Shown: positions 52,001-64,000 of the stretch, piece after piece
Numbering within the stretch: position 1 is the first letter of the stretch
Layout: each line of letters opens with the position of its first letter
Assembly: GCA_032718475.1 (NCBI GenBank)
Contig: JAUCBJ010004074.1
Coordinates: 1 to 64,000, forward strand
Source: Nemertoderma westbladi
Taxonomy: Eukaryota; Animalia; Xenacoelomorpha
Direction of reading: 5' to 3'
DNA length: 64,000 nt
Program-made: the position numbers and the translations under genes
Notes under the pieces: model-generated
Seen by the model: only the letters and a program-made list of their open reading frames with translations
Database searches by the model: none
Told to the model about the DNA's origin: nothing

Positions 52001-55000
52001 TATGTCAACAAAACGCCTAAAGACGTAAGTAAATTCAAGTCTCGAACCAATGACAGGAGAGAACAGGTAAGAAAAACTCCTCCTACGTCTCCTAAGAGAA
52101 TTCATGTACGAAAGCCTGAGGAAAGAACGAGTGTACACAACGTTACTCAGAATAAGGTAAGTAACATCAAACCGAAATGTGCGCTGTGTGACGGGCCCCA
52201 CCGTTTGAATGTGTGTGATGAATTCCTAAAGAAATCATTAAAAGATAGACGTGAAGTCATGTGGGATAAGCGGTTGTGTTATAATTGCCTCAGACAAGGA
52301 CACCAACGGCGAACCTGTTACTCCGACGCAAGGTGTGCAAAGTGCAGCGCAAAACATCATATCTTGTTGCACACTGAATTCGAACGAAACAGCCCGAGTC
52401 AGGTAAGTGAGTCCGAACTACATGTCCAATTCAGTGATGTGAACGACACTGACCAAAGTTCTGAGATGGAAGGATTCTATACGGACGAATTCTCCGACGA
52501 AGACGAATCCTGTTACCTAATAAATACCGCAGTGTATCGAGCACTTACGTATGAAAAGGACACCGACATTGAGCCCCCCCTAACTACTCCCGCCCGACAA
52601 CCATCTTGGAAAGCACCAACTTCCAATGTAGAGGAGTCCGAGAATTTCCCGTAGTGCAGGTGAGAGTCCATGGGCCACGAAAAAGTTATATAGTGAACGC
52701 CCTTCTTGACTCCGGTAGGTTGGTACTTTACTGGCCCTTCCCGTAGAACTCTCATGGAAAGGTTACCCAAAGAACGGGTCTACCAAGTAAGTGAATGGGA
52801 AGTGGAGAGCAGTGAGGTGGACGACCCAACTGAGGGAACACCATACTCCTCAGATAATGACGATATCTACCAACTCTTTGACGAGGAGAATACCATCGAC
52901 CTCCTTACGGAAAACGAAACTTGGCAAAACCAAGTGAACCTATGTCAACTCATTCGTCCATCAGGACAAGTCAACTATAACGACGAACTGAATGACGTGA
53001 TAGATCGCTACAACGCGAAGACTCGGGATGAACACGCCGTACGATTCTTTACTCAAGAGGCTGTAGAGCCCAATTCCTACAATAAGGCCCTATCGGTAGA
53101 AGAAGAAAGAGCCAAGCAGATCCAGGAGACAACTACACGTTTCCTTAAAGATCAAGGTAGATATGAAATCGGTCTACCATTTCGAAAACGGGAACCTAAA
53201 TTCATAAACAACCGACCCTTGGCGGAGAAAAGAATTGCGCAACTACATCGACGCCTTACGGCAAATGCTTCAGCTAAGGAAATGTACAAGATTCAGTTGA
53301 AGAAATTTATTAACAAAGGATATGCGGAGCGAGTACCGGAAGAAACACCCATAACTGAGAGAACGTACTATCTAACACATCATTACGTTCCCAAACCCGG
53401 TAAACCCCATGAAGTCCGTGTAGTATTTGACGGCTCCGCCCTCTACATGGGACAATCACTTAATTCCGAGTTATTGCCTGGACCCAACTTACTCCAATCC
53501 TTGTTGGGAATACTCTTAAGATTACGACAATATTCGATTGCTTTTGCTTCGGATATAGAAGGCATGTTCTTACAAGTTAAGGCGCTGGAAAGGGATCGCG
53601 ACAGCCTATGATTTCTGTGGTGGCCTGAAGGAGACCTCAATCAGAAACCGGTGGAGTACTGGATGACCATCCAGGCTTTTGGGATCATCTCAAGCCCTTC
53701 AAACGCCTGCTCAGTGGTGCGAACCACTGCTGATGACAACCGGGACGCCTTATCTAAGGAGGTGATCGGCAACATCAAACGGGATATATACATGGACGAC
53801 AATTTAAAGTCCCTCCCATCAGTGGAAGAAGCCATTGACGTCGCCAAAGGGACGGTAGAGTGCTTGAAAAGAGGTGGATTTCGATTGACTAAATTCACCA
53901 GCAACTCCCGTGAGTTTCTGGAATCGATTCCAGTAGAAGACCGAGGAGCGAAAGATCTAGACCTAATCAAGGACGATCTTCCAGAAACCAAGACTCTTGG
54001 TTTGAAATGGGACACAGAGAGAGATATCCTGTTTTTTCAGCTAAAACAGCGAGATAATCCAGTTCGGACTAAACGGATTTGTCTAAGTATCCTGAGCACT
54101 TATTTCGATCCATTGGGATTTATTAGCCTAGTTATATTGATTGCTCGGAGTTTAGTACAACAAATGTGGCTTGAAAACCACTCATGGGACGATCCACTCA
54201 AAGGAGAACTCTTAAAGAAGTGGATGAAATGGGAAGATTCTCTACCATCCATCGAGAACTTTATAATTTCCCGTTCATATTTTGGTCATGTTCTCCCTAC
54301 TTATTCCTATCAACTCCATGTGTTTGGAGACGCCAGCGATATGGGAATAGGTATAGTAGCCTACCTGAGAGTTGAAACTCCGGATGGAATCAAAGTCGCC
54401 TTGGTTACCTCTAAGGCCTTGATTAACAACAAGTTGAAGGTTCCTCGAGCGGAGTTAAAAGCGGCTCTATACGCTACAGCCATCGGCCGGAATGTAACAG
54501 AACAGATCGACTATCCACTGGAGAAAACTGTTTATTGGACCGATGCTTTACTCGTGTTGGAGTATATAACCAATGAAGTCTGTCAGTTCAGCGTCTTTGT
54601 TACTAACAGAGTAGCCATTATTCTTAGTCACACGAAGATAGATCAATGGAGACATTGCCCCGGAACGATTAATCCAGCAGACATCGCCTCCAGGGGAGCA
54701 ACTCCACAAGAACTGATAGATACTCCAGACTGGTTAGGTGGACCCGACTTCCTAAGCAAAGAAGAGGATGAATGGCCTCCTCATCTTACTACGGCAGAGA
54801 TTAGGCAGGCCAAGGGAGCGGAGAAAGTCAAACCTAAAACCCGGGCGAGTAAATCGAAGTTATTTAAACCTGTGATAGATCTGTCTGTACTACACACTTC
54901 CGGAGACGACGCTTTGGATCTGAAACCCCCAGCCACAAATAAGTCTGTTGTGGAAATTCGAGAGAGAGATTGGAAATCTGGAATACCAGACGTCTCGCAA

Positions 55001-56674
55001 GGACTCTCATCTCTCCTGCGGGGAGCGATACATCACTATAGTTCCTGGAATCGGCTCTGTAAGGCCGTTACATATTTAAAGCGATGTTTTCATCATCACT
55101 ACTCCAGGACGAAGAACACTAATGATACCGCTCCACTGACATCTGCGCAGGTCCATGTTGTTAAAGATCTTCCCAAATACAAGATATCCGACAGGTTTCT
55201 GAAGGAGAAGATCAGTTACCAGGAGCATGAAGAAAGCAATAAGCAGATACTGAGACTCCTGCAATGCTATGAGGATTCCGATAAGTATTTCCTGTTGTTG
55301 AGAAATCCACAGATGCGCTTAAGGGATCGTTTCTCTAGCACAATGATAGATGGGTTAATACGCGTTGGAGGAAGACTAACTAATGCTCCATTATCCTTTG
55401 ACACTAAGTTTCCCATACTCATTAGAAATCTTGAAATACAAATCAAGATGATTGTAGATGTTCACAGTAAGCTTTATCATGCTGGTAGAGAACGAGTTCT
55501 TAGCGAAATTCGAACCCGCTATTATTTTTATAAACCCCGTAGAGCTCTGAACCAAGTTCTTAGGAACTGCATACCCTGTAGGAAAGCATTCAGTAGGCCT
55601 TTAACACAGCGAGAGGCAGAATTACCTAGGGAACGAGTAAGCTTCTATGAACCACCCTTCACTAATACCGGTGTAGATTTATTTGGCCCTATTGAAGTAT
55701 ATCGTGCTAGGACTATAGTCAAGAGATGGTGTGTCATCTTTGTTTGTATGACTTGTAGAGCTATCCATCTCGATATGGTGAACGATTTATCTACTAACAG
55801 CTTCCTATTGAGCTTACGCCGACAGATCGCTCGCTTTGGAACTAGTAACACGATGAGATCTGATAAGGGAACAAACTTCATTGGTGCCAACAATGAAATC
55901 AAGGCTTACGTCAAAGATTGGAACCAAAGACAGGTGGACGATCAGCTAAGAATAACAGCGTCTAGCTGGACCTTCAACGCCGCCGACGCCCCTTGGTGGG
56001 GAGGAAGTTGGGAGAGATTAATCAGGAGCGTGAAGACCGCATTTCACTTTATAGTGCCGTGCCGCGCGTATCTCACCGACGAACTTTTGCGGACGTTAAT
56101 GGAGGAAATCGCCGCCTATCTCAACGAGAGACCGCTTATGCCAGTCTCATCGAGTCCCGATTCCCTGGAAGCGCTAACACCCGCGCACTTCCTACTGAAA
56201 AAACCTGTAGCCATGCTCCCACGATCGGAAATCACAGACGGAGACGAATACTGCCGGCAAACTTGGCAACTTATGCAGTTGTTATCCCGTCGTTTCGCTG
56301 ACCATTTCGAAAAACATTATCTGCCCACGCTACAACTTCGAACTAAGTGGTTTGCGCAGCAAGAAAACGTCAGCGCTGGAGACATGGTCCTTATTGTGGA
56401 TTCAGACCTTCCACGTAAGCGGTGGCAGACAGGTCGTATCATCGAGACTCATATCTCGGATGATGGTTTGGTGCGATCGGTAGAACTCGTCGTCATGCGA
56501 CGTAACTTTAAGAAACCGGGAATTGTCTTCGAGACACAGCAACTCAATCGCCCAGTTGGTCGTTTATGTTTACTGGAAAGAGACAGAGAACTCTCCGGAA
56601 ACTATGGAAGGCAAGATACTCTTCCCACGACCACCTCCCTAATCCAACAAACATCTAGGGACTCCCCAACGTAA
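49001..56674 (+). pseudogene. Disrupted polyprotein of copy C
   Basis: Homologous to copy A throughout. Stops at 50144-50146 and ~53609, a frameshift at ~52630, and a ~400-bp deletion in the protease after ALLDS (~52714). Confidence 0.93.
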
Positions 56675-57224
56675 CAGCGTCTGGAGTGGGTGTGTGACTA
56701 TATTATTTTATATTTGTTCTTATTATTTTATATTTATGTATGTATTATTATGTAATTTTATTATAATCGTTTTCTTTAATTTTATTTAGTAGAATGTTAT
56801 TTTAGCGATTATTTAGTAGATTAGTGCAATATATATTCGTGTTTATTACTTAATTACTTATATATTATATATTTAGTGCGACGGCGAGAAATAATTCTTT
56901 TTCTCTTTCCTTACTGTCCGTATTACATTATAAATACGTGACTACAGTAAGATGAAATATCCGTACTTATTAAAGTACAATAAAGCTCCTACTATATTCA
57001 AGTATTATTGGTAAGTAGAGTATTAGGAATGCAAAATTCAGATCCTCGTGTCTCGGCTAAACCAAGCTCTGGGTAGACCTTGGAAACGACTTGCCTCTTC
57101 TCACTGACATTGCTTCGTGCGATATTGCTCTCATACCGTATATTAAATAATACATATAGTAGCGTGATGTCCCTTTAACAGTAGCGTATAACGCAAAATA
57201 AATCTGTTAAACCCTTTGACCATC

Positions 57225-57495
57225 TGTAATTCTAGTCGATTAAGATATCGCGGCACCCACCGATATACTTGAAAGACAAAATTCTAGAATCAGTGGTTAA
57301 CGTCCCCAGACATGTTCTGGAATAAACCGGTGCCCATCCTAAATATTAACTATTAATATTTATAAAATCTGTCAAATTTCAGATCCTTTAAAATTCTAGT
57401 CGATTAAGATATCGTAGCACTTACCGATACTCTTAAAAAGACAAAATTCCTAGAATCAAGGATCCCAGTCCCCAGACATGTTCTGGAATAAAATT
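57225..57495. repeat. ~164-bp tandem duplication in the pol-accessory ORF spacer
   Basis: TCTAGTCGATTAAGATATCG at 57231 and 57395; also present in copy A (~21020-21310). Confidence 0.75.
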
Positions 57496-58314
57496 GTGTC
57501 TATTTTAATATTAAATAATAAAATTTACGGGAATAAATTCTAATTCATCTCTTTTAATGAATTTGATAAATTGTCATTTTATACAATTTATAACATTCCC
57601 AAAATTCCATTAATTAATAGATCATGGGAGCGGAGATTCACCCTATTAAGTGTATTAGTGTGCGAGAATCTCCAATAGATAGTCAATAGCCGATAAAATT
57701 TATAAAATCATGTATAAAGGGGATATTGACAATTAAAGAATTACTATTAAATAGCATCCCAGATCTGTATGCATGAGAATTACCCTAATTCTACTGCTAG
57801 CTTTCCATAATGTCACCATAGCAACAACCACGCTAGAATTAGAAGTGAGTTAAAAGAACAATAGAAAGCTTGCCCCATTGAATAGCATAGGGAATAAATA
57901 GCACACTGCTAGTATCCAAGGATACATAATAATAACGTGGCATTCTGGAAGGCACTGACTAACGGACAAATGGCCCGAATGTGTACAATTTGTGACAGTT
58001 GTGTGGAATTTGTGCGTTTATAGGTGAATGTTACTACTAAAGTGTGTTTACAGTAGCGAGTCGCAATTGTGAAAGTAGCCCTAACTCTGCCAGTAAGAAC
58101 CTGAAGTAAATCTAAGCCTTTGGGACGGACAGTGGAGTGACTTGTGCCGGTTATCGTTGTCGTTGTGTAGCTACTACGTTGGCGAAAAACACAGCGACGA
58201 CGGTACATCGGCGCTGAGGATCTTGCACTGTCCGGGGGCAGAGAGGGGTAGGCAGCGACGCCCGCTAGCCTAAATATAAACTTATTATAATATTAATAAA
58301 CTCATATAGCAGAT

Positions 58315-61300
58315 ATGACTGAGTTGATAGAAGATGATCTTGGTATCAGGGAGCGATATACTCTACCTTTACAAGCGTTTGTTGATAGCTTGATACGCGG
58401 CGACGCTGGTCCAACTACTACGGAGGACGATGGTCGTTATATCGAACCGCCAATGTCCCAGGAGCAACTTACGCGTGAATTGGACTATAGAAAATTCACC
58501 GCTCGCTATACGCATCGTAATGGTACGTATATGGACTTCTTAACTACTGGCCATCCTATCGATTTACACGATACGGACGATGTAGACACCGAAAGGGAAA
58601 TGGTTTTATTTAAATATCATACCCAGCGGAGTCGGAACGATAAACCGAGAATAGAACACGAGAATTCTATTCGAAACCGACTCGAAAGAGAAGACGTTGA
58701 AGAGCCAGATAAACGCAGCGACTTCAACGATTATCTGGAATTCCTGAGAGAAACATATCTCAATATTGCCAGTCAACAAAATCTAGAAACTCGATATCCT
58801 CAAGGTATACATCATGACCCTATGATAGAACTCAAACGGCTCTATTTCACTATGATGTATCTTACCGCCGATCGACCGCTACCTGTCGTCCCAGATAGCT
58901 TCGAACAGATGGAGGAATATTGTAAAACTGGAGAACGATCACCCGCGTTTCCCCTGCAGGACATGCGTCTTTGGTATTACTGCGACGAATGCCCTAGACC
59001 CAATCAGCAAACGGAAAGACATAAACATCCGCGGAGACGTTGCGCTAAACACAGTTTTACACGATATACTTATGGGAGTTTCGAGCGAAACCTGTTCGAT
59101 GTATCACCTACACTCGCTCGGCTCAAACGATCCTTAAATAAACCAATGATCAGAGTTCCGGAATACTCGGTCAGACCTCCTCATTCCTTAGTGAGACCTC
59201 AAACGCTTGATCCTAATAGTATAACGGATCCCCCTGAACTGTACTCACTATTTAAAGATCTTGTGTTACCCGAACAATTAATCGGCGGCACTCCGGTAGT
59301 GGGCTCGCTAGATATTCGCCAACCCTACCTAGCCGGATTAGGACGCGGTCATCTAATATCGCCGTTTAACCCGTACAACCGTCCAGGCTTAACCCCGATA
59401 CAACCCGTTACCGAAGTCGAAGAGAGCGTTGTACGATACGCGTTAGACGCTATTCGGCAGAAGATCGGAAAAGGAACTTACGATTGTTTAGAGAAACGCA
59501 AATTGCAGCAACAAGTCCAAGCGGTGAAGGAATTAGCTTTACCCCAGTTCGATCGAGAAATCCAGAACCTCGAGGAAGACATCGAACGTGGACGAACCTA
59601 TTCTCTACAAGAGTTCCTAGACGAGCGTTTACAACAACAAGCGGAGGAAAATCAGCTCGAGGAGAAACACATAGAAATGGATGAGAGAGAAGAAGCAGCT
59701 TTAGCCCAGCCAGAAGCTCAAATCCTTATGACGGATCTCTATTCTAAAACCATCATCCATCCTTCGATGGTTCCCCATTTCGGAGACAAACTCTTCGCCA
59801 CGACACAGCCTCAACCGATTGATATCAACCTAAGATCTCGAAATCTTATCGCTGACGCTCCCATGTTGCAACGTCCGCCAATCGAGGCCGCTCGTGTCGA
59901 TGGTATACTCGTTGAACCTCCGGACAATAGAGCGGATCTTGTCCGTCGTATGGTACACGAGGTTAACATACGCGCTAGACCTTTACCGAACTCGTTTTAT
60001 GGGATTAAAGATCATCCTTATTATGTCAATCTAACGCAATATTACATGGTAAAACCTGAAGATCCTACACATAGTCTGAAGTTTCTACCACTAATAAATC
60101 CTCTCGATCTTGTCGAACTCGAACAACTACAGAAACATCTGGATCAGTTAGTGAAAGTAAACTCATTTCGAAAACCCTATAATGTTTCCAGAATAGAGAA
60201 AGAGACAATACCTCCGTATAATCTTGATGGATTCATCAAAACTCGATTAGTCCACTGGAATCTCGACGTGTTATTCGAGGAGGAAAGAATACAACGATAT
60301 GGAGATGTGGAAACATATACTACACAATATTTAAAGTATAGAGATCTACCTAATGCTAGCGAATGCGCTACCTTGTGGCATCCAGTGGGAATGACTCTAG
60401 AAAACGCCACTAAAGAGTGGAATGAGACTCTTAACGTTATCGAGATGTATGGAATTGTCACTTACGATAACGAAGGTAGCGTTCCGGTTGGAGAACTGGG
60501 AACTACGAGCATGATACATATACGAGGACTAGCTGGTTCTACCCACGTATTTACTCGAGCGTGTTCCGATGTGATTGATTATTCTTTTGAGACCCTTACC
60601 GAAATCCAAAGAAACTCTGACATGGACAATTCGAACTCGCGCAGCGTTACGTCACCGACACCGAGCGCAAACCGGCCACGGGTATCGATGGATCGATGTT
60701 ACCCCAGCCCGTGCTCGAGATGTTGTTTAACGAAAGAGTCCTTAAAATCGGCTCAGCTGTTTATGGAGATCTCCAAAATGACTTTCGGAACATGGAGAAC
60801 ATTCCATACCCTTTCGTCGATACTCAGCTGATTGCTCCCTGGGCAGAAGGCCGAGGTTTCTTCCGCACTATGTATGCAAATACACCCAGCGGCATCACTA
60901 AAGTACAACGAACCTCCATCGGACATCTTGCCTTTCAAGAATACGGATGGAATTTCAAGGTTGGAAATTCTATCAATTATCAACAAGTATATGGAGATCA
61001 TTATTCTCGATTATACTTTGACGGACCATTGACCGTACCTGGCGCTGTGTATAGCTTTATGAGCGTTCCACTTCGTCCCTCCTTAGCTATATACACAATC
61101 TTTGAAAACGCCGCACTTGCCGGTTGGCTAGCCGATGTGTGCAGTCGTACCATACGCGCCCATCCCTTAATACTTGGAACCAAACTCGTCAAGCTAGATG
61201 AACACAATAAATTCATCCGCTTCGAATGTTTCAGGCGCTTTCTGACTCCGTTCCGTAACGTTGATAGTCAGTTCAAGGACCGCGCTCTGACTAAGCTCAG

Positions 61301-62567
61301 CCTAAGAGACTCAGCTGCGGAGAAGTTAGACAGCGCGGGATTCGCCCTTTTCAAGGACGTTTGTATACAGAACTTACATTCATCTGTTATACAAAGACCT
61401 CGAATACCCACGGGTTATTCTGTCGTGGAAGTTCAGACAGTGGGTTCGCTTGCGGAGACATCCGCACCTACCTCAGCTATGCAATTGGAAGACGAACCAA
61501 TATGCTTAGAATCTGAGGAGATTCAGCCTACAGCGCCCCGGAGCAGCGATAACGACTACGTCTTGGAATGGTATCAAGGTCCACAATGTATCACCGCATA
61601 CGATTATCGGCACGCTAACTATGTTTCTCGAAAGCATTGCCGATTATGCGCATTGAGAGATCATTTCACCCCTATGGACTCAGACGCACCCTGCTCCTAT
61701 TTCCATGAACAACCGACGATGGAGATCTATTGTGCGTATTGCAGACTCAATAACTCGCACATTTTCGCAGTCTGCCCCCAATTTATGACTCAATGCCATC
61801 ATTGTCAACTTAAAGGACATGCCAGTTTTGATTGCCCTTTTAACCGCGATCTGGAAAGCGTAGATGAGATGATTACCCTGCGCTACATCCGAGCTTGGGA
61901 AGCAAATGCGGATTTACATTGTGAGTCACGCCATCGCTATTACCCTGGACGCGCCTACGAAGGAGTTTACGCATTCCATCCTTATCTATTCGCGTCTGTT
62001 GAACAAAAATCGCGCACACCGAGTTACGAACTAATGAAGCATATAGGTGAGTGTATTTCCACCAAATTTGTTCGTAAATATCTCAGGAACATCAATCCTA
62101 ACGATATTAATTCATACAATTTGATTAATTTCGTCCGTCAAGACCCCGAGTATGGCGATTTGTTCATCAACTCGCACCCTGAGTTACAGGAAGTACATCG
62201 ATGGCCCTACGAATATCGAGCCCGAGAAAGCGAGCTGGAAAGAACCATTAAACCGAGGAAGTTTCTCACCACTCGCGGTCCACCTACCGCTATTGTCCAG
62301 ACGACTCGTCAGGGACCAGTAGGAGCTGCGGTCCTAAGACGCACTCTAAAGGCTGTTAGACCTAGCTCCACTGAGGTTGATATCGATCAACCCGGTACCT
62401 CGACCGGCGGATATACCGATCGTAATCCTAAACCTTCCGATGCAATTGTATTGCACCCTTCACCCAGGAGTTATAGCCCTCCTAGTAAAGTGGGTCGCCC
62501 GAAAGAGAAAAGGACTCGTGCTAGCCTCAAAAAACTGCGTAAACGCCGTCCGCGCAAGAAAGACTAA
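58315..62567 (+). CDS. Accessory ORF (~1,400 aa, one frameshift at 60621-60695): unknown N-terminal region, coiled coil, DEDDy-type 3'-5' exonuclease, CCHC knuckles, basic tail
   Basis: ExoI IVTYDNEG; LPQPVLEMLFNERVLKIGSAVYGDL (ExoII); FVDTQLIA; SIGHLAFQEYG; PLRPSLAIYTIFE (ExoIII-like); CAYCRLNNSHIFAVC; CHHCQLKGHASFDC; KKLRKRRPRKKD. Called by motif recognition only. Confidence 0.75.
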
Positions 62568-62644
62568 CTGTTTAGAGTATTTTTATATTTTAGAAACTGT
62601 GATTTTTATATTTTATAGAATTAAATCCCATTTTCTGGGAGCGG

Positions 62645-63815
62645 TGTAAAGGCTTTTGCGGAATTAGCTAGTCATTTTCCCCGAAAAGTACTCTGTAGAT
62701 GTTTTAACGGACATAAAAAGCCGTTTCCTTACTGTACCGGTGTTTTAGTGGACATAAAAAGCCATTTTTTTGTATGTGTACTTTAGCGGACATAACTAGC
62801 GATTTTATGTCGCAATACGCCAAAATACTCTTAATACAGTGTAGTTCAGATTACGACATCTATCAGCTGATTTAGTGTACTCGTGGAGCTTTCTTTGTTT
62901 GGCTCAGCCAATCAGAGCGATTTTCATTTTATTTGCACAGAAGCCTCCGGGAAATCGCGCAATGCATGATGGTTTATGTTTACCTTTTTTCCTAATGCCA
63001 GAACATCGGCTGTGGAATTATCCTATGTTTCAGACTTTAGCCAAACATTAGAACGGCTTTGATTATAGAAACGTATAACTGTTATCCTGTCATCCTGTCA
63101 AACTTCATAACATAACATATTGTCATATACAAACACCGCATTATTTTACTGCTATTTACTGTCGGTTATTAATTGTATCAGTTGATAGAATATTGTTATA
63201 TTTGGATAATATCGATAAATAATCATAAAACCCCATCTTCTTGATATACTGAAGGTAAGAGACCGGTTACATATAGCAATTGCGACTTACATTATATTGG
63301 TTTTGGAGTGAATCTAATGCTATTTCATAGGCACTACATGTGTCAATTGCTGTTCTCTTTATATGTGACTAAAATTAGTGAAGGTCGGCAGATTGGTATG
63401 CAGCATTGTGCGGTAGTGTGCATGAGTGTGACTGATAACAAAGCATCTCCTAAAGAATGCGCCTTATACGTGAATCATAAGCCATCCCGTTGTGTTTAGT
63501 ATAAGTCATAACTCTGTTTACATATTTAGAGCGCCACGTCCTAAAGGAACTGTTAATATTTCCCGAAAGTGAATAATATTTGTCAGAGATTATATATTAA
63601 CGATCAATCGAATAATACAGTAGGCCTACACCGCAATAAGGTCAGAGCTTCCGAATCCAGTCTCCCGGGTAAATCCAGCGGGTGAATGGTCGCGCATAGG
63701 CTGGCTTCGGCTAATGTAGTGTATCAAATACTCGTCATAGGCTAAAGTCGATTTATAACCTAGAAGACACCTAAATTTGGCAGGTTAAACTGCTAAAGGT
63801 CTGAAAGCGCGAACA
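62645..63815 (+). repeat. 3' LTR of copy C (~1171 bp)
   Basis: TGTAAAGGCTTTTGCG...GGTCTGAAAGCGCGAACA. Confidence 0.93.
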
Positions 63816-64000
63816 CAACCCATCAACCCAACGGATAACCCAAGGATTCCATCCAACCCGTCAACACAACGGGTAACCCGTGAATTCCATCCAACCCGTC
63901 AACATAATGGATAACGCGTGGATTCTATCCAACCCGTCAACCCAACGGGTAATATGTGGATTCCATCCAACCCGTCAACCCAACGGGTAACCCGCAGGTT
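63816..64000. repeat. ~40-bp satellite, same family as 13355-14945
   Basis: CAACCCGTCAAC(C/A)CAACGGGTAACCCGTG(G/A)ATTCCATC units. Confidence 0.95.

Larger units (their letters stand above)
48001..63815 (+). mobile_element. Large BEL/Pao retrotransposon copy C, 5'-truncated (no 5' LTR), with near-intact accessory ORF
   Basis: Leader homology begins abruptly at ~48001; polyprotein 49001-56674; spacer; accessory ORF; purine-rich TCTGGGAGCGG; 3' LTR 62645-63815. Confidence 0.93.

Noticed and set aside
57909-58208. Conserved antisense 99-aa ORF in the spacer
   Set aside because: The homologous region in copy A (~20316-20610) has frame-breaking indels and many non-synonymous changes; no motif supports it.
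58315-62567. env gene
   Set aside because: The position fits, but there is no signal peptide or hydrophobic TM segment; it has nuclease, knuckle and NLS-like motifs instead.

Overview
AT-rich, repeat-dense eukaryotic (animal-like) DNA; the organism cannot be named from the sequence. It is dominated by three copies of one very large BEL/Pao LTR-retrotransposon family. Copy D (1-2975, minus) shows only its 5' LTR and leader. Copy A (17628-40594, minus) is complete, with near-identical 1166-bp LTRs and a CGCAG target-site duplication (TSD). Copy C (~48001-63815, plus) is 5'-truncated. A second, ordinary-sized BEL/Pao element B (21403-28559) is nested in A, and B's gag is split by a 116-bp mini solo-LTR with A-family termini. 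The most notable signal is an extra ORF of ~1,400 codons between pol and the 3' LTR of this family (58315-62567 in C). By motif inspection it encodes a DEDDy-type 3'-5' exonuclease (WRN/EXD/Mut-7/RNase D-like), CCHC zinc knuckles and a basic tail; no env features are visible. The host background is a segmental duplication with two intronless RING-Bbox-coiled-coil (TRIM) genes carrying different deletions, ALDH3 pseudogene fragments, LINE remnants, MITEs and a ~40-bp satellite. All domain calls are by eye; no database searches were run.
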